DNA from: Trueperaceae bacterium
Lineage (GTDB): Bacteria; Deinococcota; Deinococci; Deinococcales; Trueperaceae
Reading direction: 5' to 3'
DNA: 64,000 bases
Assembly (NCBI GenBank): GCA_965213925.1
Contig: OZ243927.1
Location: 4,064,001-4,128,000, forward strand
In this document: one piece after another, positions 56,348-64,000 of the stretch
Layout of the letters: each line of letters opens with the position of its first letter
How positions within the stretch are numbered: the stretch's first letter is position 1
The notes under the pieces: model-generated
What the model saw: the letters and a program-made list of their open reading frames with translations, nothing else
Told to the model about the DNA's origin: nothing
Databases searched by the model: none
Translations under genes and position numbers: made by a program

Positions 56348-56784
56348 GTCGTGGAGCCTCACTCTTGCGGGTCATTGGGTGCACGTTGGGCAAGGTTGCA
56401 ATAACGTACTTTAACGTATTTTGCTCATAAAACCCCTTTGTGAGAACTACACTCAGGGCTCAGCGAACGTTCGAAAGCGTATGTAAATTTTGTCACAAAA
56501 TTAAATCTGAACCGACACACAACGCTTTCAGGACGGCGTCCTCGGACGAAACCTCTTTCGCTAAGCGGGTCGCCTTCAAAACGGTGCGAGTTACAATTCC
56601 GGGTCCTGATTGACCGAAGGCGCGGTAGCCCAGGGTGCAGCCGTAGGAGGCTGCGTGTTGTACACTGCTGAGAACACCAAACGTTGCGTATTCCGCCTCT
56701 TCACATTTCGTCTCTTCACTGTGAAAAAGACTCGAGCTTACCAGAATCACCGTCCCATAAGCCGCAAAAGTTCGGATAACGTGT

Positions 56785-56885
56785 AAAACATACCGAGATG
56801 AAGTGTCGCAGGTATCATCTTTATAATGTGCATGTCAACTGATGTTCTTCTGACTGGTGGTGTTTGTGACCAGATGATACCTGCT
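56785..56885 (+). repeat. Dispersed repeat family A, copy 7
   Basis: AAAACATACCGAGA..GCAGGTATCATCT..AGATGATACCTGC (perfect 13-bp internal IR). Confidence 0.8.
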
Positions 56886-57049
56886 GGGGTGTAATATTTC
56901 ACTTTTACCCCTCTTTATATCGATCAGTATCTTGCTAGGATGTTCAAAATGTCTCGAGACCGTTTGGGGCGCGGTTTCGGGTTTCTACGTAGCCTCGAGA
57001 GGATGGCAGCCAGACCCTGCTATGCGTGAACCAGTATGAGTGAACCAGC

Positions 57050-59863
<2,814 letters not shown>

Positions 59864-59885
59864 GTGATTAGGCGAAATTCAGTGT

Positions 59886-59925
59886 AGAGGTAACGTCGCT
59901 CTGAAAGGGCGGCGTTACCTCTTTT
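59886..59925 (+). terminator. Hairpin/terminator between sucA and sucB
   Basis: AGAGGTAACGTCGCTCT-GAA-AGGGCGGCGTTACCTCT followed by TTT. Confidence 0.65.
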
Positions 59926-59965
59926 GGTATAGAATGACGACATTTCACGCAGCAGGGAGATTCTC

Positions 59966-61384
59966 ATGGCAGTAGAACTCAAAGTTCCCGAAGTCGGCGA
60001 GTCGATTACCGAAGTCTTTATCGGCGAGTGGCTCAAGTCCGAGGGCGACACGGTTGAAAAGGATGAAGCATTAGTTGAAGTCGAGACCGATAAAGCGACG
60101 CTCGAGGTGCCCGCCTCAGTCGGTGGCACACTTACTAAAGTCTTGAAGCAGCAGGGCGACACCGCCGAAGTCGGCGAGGTCATCGCGCACATTTCTGAAG
60201 AGGGTGCCGAAGAGGGCGAGGACGCGGATTCAGGTTCGGATGACGCGCAAGCGGCTGAAGAGGACTCAGGTGAAGACGCTGAACAAGCGGAAGCGTCGGA
60301 TTCAGATGAGCCCGAAGCCTCCGAGGTCGCTGACCAAGACGACGAAGCGGGCGTGAGCCCCGAGCAAGACGCCGAAGAGGGCGAGCCCGAAAAGCGCGGT
60401 TACGAATCGGACGAGGAAGCTGATTCGGGGGACGAACAGCCTCGCATCATGCCCGCCGCAAGACGCCTTTTAGAAGAGAACGGCGTCAGCGCCGAAGAGG
60501 TCGAGGGAACGGGTCCGGGCGGACGCCTGCTCAAAGAGGACGTGCAGAAGTATCTGGACAAACAGGGCGACCAAGGTTCCAAGCAGGAACAAGAGGGTCA
60601 GCAGAAGGAAACGCAGAAGAGCCAGCAGAAAGAGGCTCCTAAGCAGGAGAAGCAAGAAGCTCCCGCCCAGTCCACCGGCGAGCGCGAAGAAGAAGCCGTC
60701 GCCATGAGCCCCCTGCGCCGCCGCATCGCCGAGCGCTTGGTCGAGGCGCAGCAGAACGCCGCGCTTTTAACGACCTTCAACGAGATCGACATGAGCGAAG
60801 TGATGGCGCTGCGGAGTGAATACAAAGAAGCCTTCACCGAGCGTTACGAGGGCGTGCGCTTAGGCTTCATGTCCTTCTTCGTCAAAGCGGTCATCGACGC
60901 CTTGAAGCAGTTCCCGCAGCTCAACGCCGAAATTCAGGGTACCGACATTATCTACAAGAACTACTACGACATCGGCGTGGCGGTCTCCTCGAAAAAAGGG
61001 CTGCTCGTACCCATCGTTCGCAACGCGGACCGCATGAGCTTTGCCGAGTTGGAGGGGACCATCAGCGACTTCGGCAAACGCGCCCAGAACAACAGAATTT
61101 CGCCCGAAGAGTTGCAAGGCGGCACCTTCACCATCTCGAACGGCGGCGTGTTCGGCTCGCTGATGTCCACACCCATTGTCAACCCGCCACAGTCGGGCGT
61201 GCTGGGAATGCACTCCATTCAGCAGCGCCCCGTGGCAGTGGACGGTCAAGTGGTGATTAAGCCCATGATGTACATTGCGCTGACCTATGACCACCGGATT
61301 GTGGATGGGCGTGAGGCGGTGACGTTTTTGCGAAGAGTGAAAGAGGCGGTGGAGCGTCCGGCGCGGATGTTATTGGAGGTTTGA
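59966..61384 (+). CDS. sucB: Dihydrolipoamide succinyltransferase E2
   Basis: Lipoyl ETDKA, E3-binding GTGPGGRL, catalytic YDHRIVDG. Confidence 0.96.
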   Translation: MAVELKVPEVGESITEVFIGEWLKSEGDTVEKDEALVEVETDKATLEVPASVGGTLTKVLKQQGDTAEVGEVIAHISEEGAEEGEDADSGSDDAQAAEEDSGEDAEQAEASDSDEPEASEVADQDDEAGVSPEQDAEEGEPEKRGYESDEEADSGDEQPRIMPAARRLLEENGVSAEEVEGTGPGGRLLKEDVQKYLDKQGDQGSKQEQEGQQKETQKSQQKEAPKQEKQEAPAQSTGEREEEAVAMSPLRRRIAERLVEAQQNAALLTTFNEIDMSEVMALRSEYKEAFTERYEGVRLGFMSFFVKAVIDALKQFPQLNAEIQGTDIIYKNYYDIGVAVSSKKGLLVPIVRNADRMSFAELEGTISDFGKRAQNNRISPEELQGGTFTISNGGVFGSLMSTPIVNPPQSGVLGMHSIQQRPVAVDGQVVIKPMMYIALTYDHRIVDGREAVTFLRRVKEAVERPARMLLEV

Positions 61385-61648
61385 GGTAGAAGAGGTTGAT
61401 GGAGGGGTAAGTTTTAGGCTTGCCCCTTTTTGCATTGGTGCTCAAAAACAAAAAATAGCATTACTGTTTAGAAACTAGGCTTGACATATTTGAGGTAAAT
61501 CTCACATCGTATTTGGTTCGTTAGAGATAAACTTCACATCAATGTAATTGTGATTTGATTGGTCAATTTGTGAGATTGGGCAGTAGTTGCTTCGTAGCTA
61601 CTCATTATCTTTCGTCTTAATTCAACGCTGTACTTAACAAGGTTGTTA

Positions 61649-62671
61649 ATGATCAAAGAAGATGTAATCCAAGAATTATTAAGAACTAAAGATGAACACC
61701 TTTTTCATAGAGAAGGACAGGAACTCGAGTTCAAAGAACAATTTAACTTGTCAGGTTTAGCAGATTATTTCCGCGATTTTGCAGCATTCTCAAACAATAA
61801 AGGCGGTTATTTAATATTTGGTGTAACAGACTCGCCCCGGACTCCTCAAGGTCTTAGTGAATCTTCGCTAAAACAGTTCAACAAGGTCGATCCAGAGAAA
61901 ATAAGCGGTTATTTACTCGAGATTTTCTCTGCCAATATCTCTTGGGAACAAGCGACTATCGCTCTAAATTCTAAATCTTTTGGTGTGTTCAGGATTTATG
62001 AAGCAGCTATGAAGCCAGTTATCGCAAAGAAGGATGAAGGTAAAGATCAAACAATTAAGAGTGGCGAAATTTACTACCGCTACGGAGGTAGAACGCAGAA
62101 AATACGTTACGCTGAACTCGAAAGCATCATAGATCGTAGAGTTGAGCAAAATAACAAAGAATGGCTGGATTTGATGGCGAAAATTGGAAAGGCAGGTCCG
62201 CAAAACGCTGCTATTCTGGATACCAAAAAGGCATTAATTGAAAAAGATGAATCTCAGGTCTTAGTCCTTGACGAAGACTTGGCTCAAAAGCTCAAGTTTG
62301 TCAAAGAAGGTCAGTTTATCGAAAAAGACGGAGCGCCTACTCTCAAACTTGTTGGAGATGTTGTACCGATCGATAACATCGAAGTAATCAAAAAAGTTAA
62401 AGAAAATCTGCTGAAAAATTATCCATTTTCAGCTATGGAACTTGTAGAAGAAGTCAAAAAAGTGCTTCCCAGTGCCAGTCAAAACGACATTTGGCGAACC
62501 ATAAAAGAAAATGACCTGAAAAGCAATCCTGATTATTCGGTGTATAACTTTAGAAACAAAAGGCAAGAGGATAACTTTAAGGCGACGGGTACAATTCCAT
62601 CAGTTACTCCTAGTATTTTCAACGTTAAGGCTATTGATTTTATTGTAAATGTCCTGCGATCAAGTTCTTAA
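61649..62671 (+). CDS. Schlafen/AlbA_2-domain protein (AT-rich, likely acquired)
   Basis: REGQELEFKE, AAFSNNKGGYLIFGVTD, YYRYGG; markedly lower GC than its flanks. Confidence 0.85.
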   Translation: MIKEDVIQELLRTKDEHLFHREGQELEFKEQFNLSGLADYFRDFAAFSNNKGGYLIFGVTDSPRTPQGLSESSLKQFNKVDPEKISGYLLEIFSANISWEQATIALNSKSFGVFRIYEAAMKPVIAKKDEGKDQTIKSGEIYYRYGGRTQKIRYAELESIIDRRVEQNNKEWLDLMAKIGKAGPQNAAILDTKKALIEKDESQVLVLDEDLAQKLKFVKEGQFIEKDGAPTLKLVGDVVPIDNIEVIKKVKENLLKNYPFSAMELVEEVKKVLPSASQNDIWRTIKENDLKSNPDYSVYNFRNKRQEDNFKATGTIPSVTPSIFNVKAIDFIVNVLRSSS

Positions 62672-62723
62672 CAGTTTTTCCAAAGCAAAGCTAAAGCTGT
62701 AACCGAAGGAAAGGAGATAGAGG

Positions 62724-62918
62724 ATGAAAAAGTTTCCTCCCGGTTGGGATAAAACTAAAATAGAGCGCGCAATCGATCACTACGAAGCGCAGAGCGAAGA
62801 TGAAGCCGTTAGCGAAGACGAGGCTGCTTTTGCGAACGAGGAAACTCTCGTGCAGGTTCCTTTAGCACTCGTTGCAGATGTTAGGGCTTTGATTGCCAAG
62901 CAAAAAGCGAAGCACTGA
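62724..62918 (+). CDS. Small conserved-type hypothetical protein (antitoxin-like)
   Basis: RBS AAGGAG; FPPGWD..HYEAQSEDEAVSEDEAA..VPLALV. Confidence 0.65.
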   Translation: MKKFPPGWDKTKIERAIDHYEAQSEDEAVSEDEAAFANEETLVQVPLALVADVRALIAKQKAKH

Positions 62919-62997
62919 GGAGAGTCGAGCCACCCCCAACCTCTCACCCGTAGGCATCCACGTAGTCTCGAGCCCTTAATCACGCTATACTCTCCCC

Positions 62998-63696
62998 ATG
63001 TTCGAACTTATCCCAGCCGTAGACATCCAAAAAGGACGGGCGGTGAGGCTTTTCGAGGGCAAGTCTGACCAGGAAACCGTCTATTTCGAAAGCCCCGTCG
63101 AAGCCGCGCAGTACTGGGCGGGCAAGGGCGCGACCTGGCTTCACGTCGTCGATTTAGACGCCGCTTTCGGCACAGGCGACAACCGCGAGCTAGTGCGTGA
63201 AATTGCCAACACGACCAAGTGCAAAGTCGAGGTGGGAGGCGGCATCCGTGACGTAGAAACAGCGCGGAAATGGTTAGATATCGCTGACCGCGTCATTATT
63301 GGTACCTCCGCTATCGACCACCCGGAGATGCTGGACGAGCTCGTCGCTGACTACGAGCCAGGTCGCGTCGCCGTCTCCATTGACGCGAAAAATGGACAGG
63401 TGGCGGTCAAAGGCTGGACCGAGATTACGGACTTGGCAGCGCGGGAACTCGCCCGCCGCGTCGCGGCGCAGGGCATCGAGCACGTGATTTACACGGATAT
63501 TTCAAGGGACGGCACCATGAAAGGCATCGACCCTGAACCTGTCAGCTTGATGCGCCAATCCTTCCCCCACACGCTCGTGGCGGGCGGCGGCGTCGCAAGC
63601 GACAAAGATTTAGAGCTTTACGAGAGTTTGGACCTCAACGGCGCGATTGTGGGTACGGCGCTTTATGAGGGGAAAATCAGTTATCCGAGGGACTAA
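62998..63696 (+). CDS. hisA: ProFAR isomerase (HisA/PriA)
   Basis: IPAVDI, HVVDLDAAF, GGGIR, TDISRDGTM, AIVGTALYEG. Confidence 0.95.
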   Translation: MFELIPAVDIQKGRAVRLFEGKSDQETVYFESPVEAAQYWAGKGATWLHVVDLDAAFGTGDNRELVREIANTTKCKVEVGGGIRDVETARKWLDIADRVIIGTSAIDHPEMLDELVADYEPGRVAVSIDAKNGQVAVKGWTEITDLAARELARRVAAQGIEHVIYTDISRDGTMKGIDPEPVSLMRQSFPHTLVAGGGVASDKDLELYESLDLNGAIVGTALYEGKISYPRD

Positions 63697-63839
63697 ATGC
63701 AGCAATGAGGAACCCAGTCGAGCTGGGCGAACGGCGAGCAATCCAGTCGAGCTGGACGAACGGTAAGCAAAGAGTGAAAATCTTCTCAACTCGTTGCTCA
63801 TTGCTTTTCACTCATTGCTTCGATAAACAAAGCTGTGAT

Positions 63840-64000
63840 TCAGCTAAGACTAATTTGTACCCCAAATATATCCTTCAGCACCGTCTTCGCCGCGTTATAT
63901 CCGCCCATCCCGTGAACCCCGCCCGAAGGCGGCGTGCTCGCGGAGCAGAGGTACACACCCTTTAACCCTGTGCGGTAAGGAAGTAAACGCGGCGCGGGTC
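63840..64000 (-). CDS. Phytoene desaturase-family FAD oxidoreductase, 3' end (partial)
   Basis: [31 protein letters not shown]. Confidence 0.8.
   Translation of the reverse strand, partial: PAPRLLPYRTGLKGVYLCSASTPPSGGVHGMGGYNAAKTVLKDIFGVQISLS

Noticed and set aside
56595..56680. GGGTGC..GCTGAGA (TPP-like) and GGGTC..GGTAGCC (c-di-GMP-I-like) fragments upstream of sucA
   Set aside because: The essential remaining motifs (GAACCTG..; GGCAAAC/GCAAAG) are absent.
56493..56750. 85-aa minus-strand ORF
   Set aside because: No recognisable motif, RBS or leaderless signal; likely spurious.

Overview
This is a GC-rich (~60%) bacterial chromosomal segment. It is most likely Deinococcota (Truepera-like), inferred from the Deinococcus/Thermus-type MutS N-terminus, the RecJ C-terminal extension, a Hera-like DEAD-box helicase and many leaderless genes with TANNNT ~6 nt before the start codon. 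The backbone is housekeeping: mutS/mutL, truD, recJ, mnmA, folPBK, sucAB, hisA, deoC, suhB and a tRNA-Pro/Gly/Arg cluster. On top of it sits a dense layer of small non-coding or parasitic DNA. (1) An intact HUH/RAYT-type tyrosine transposase is translationally coupled between mutS and mutL and carries a GTAG REP-like palindrome inside its own CDS. (2) At least 7 degenerate copies of a ~115-140 bp inverted-repeat element occur, some carrying nested ~22-25 nt hairpin inserts. (3) A 166-bp MITE with terminal inverted repeats and a 5-bp target duplication truncates a pyrophosphatase gene. (4) A candidate sRNA with anti-SD/anti-AUG loops shares an upstream direct-repeat motif with a lipoprotein gene on a tRNA-Arg-anchored islet. 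(5) An AT-rich Schlafen/AlbA_2 gene is a defence candidate. (6) There are unusual fusions: glutaredoxin-FNT, RNaseH-like-WYL, and CheB-CheR-PAS-GAF-HisKA_3. No CRISPR array, rRNA or prophage was seen. All calls come from reading the sequence by eye; no database searches were run.
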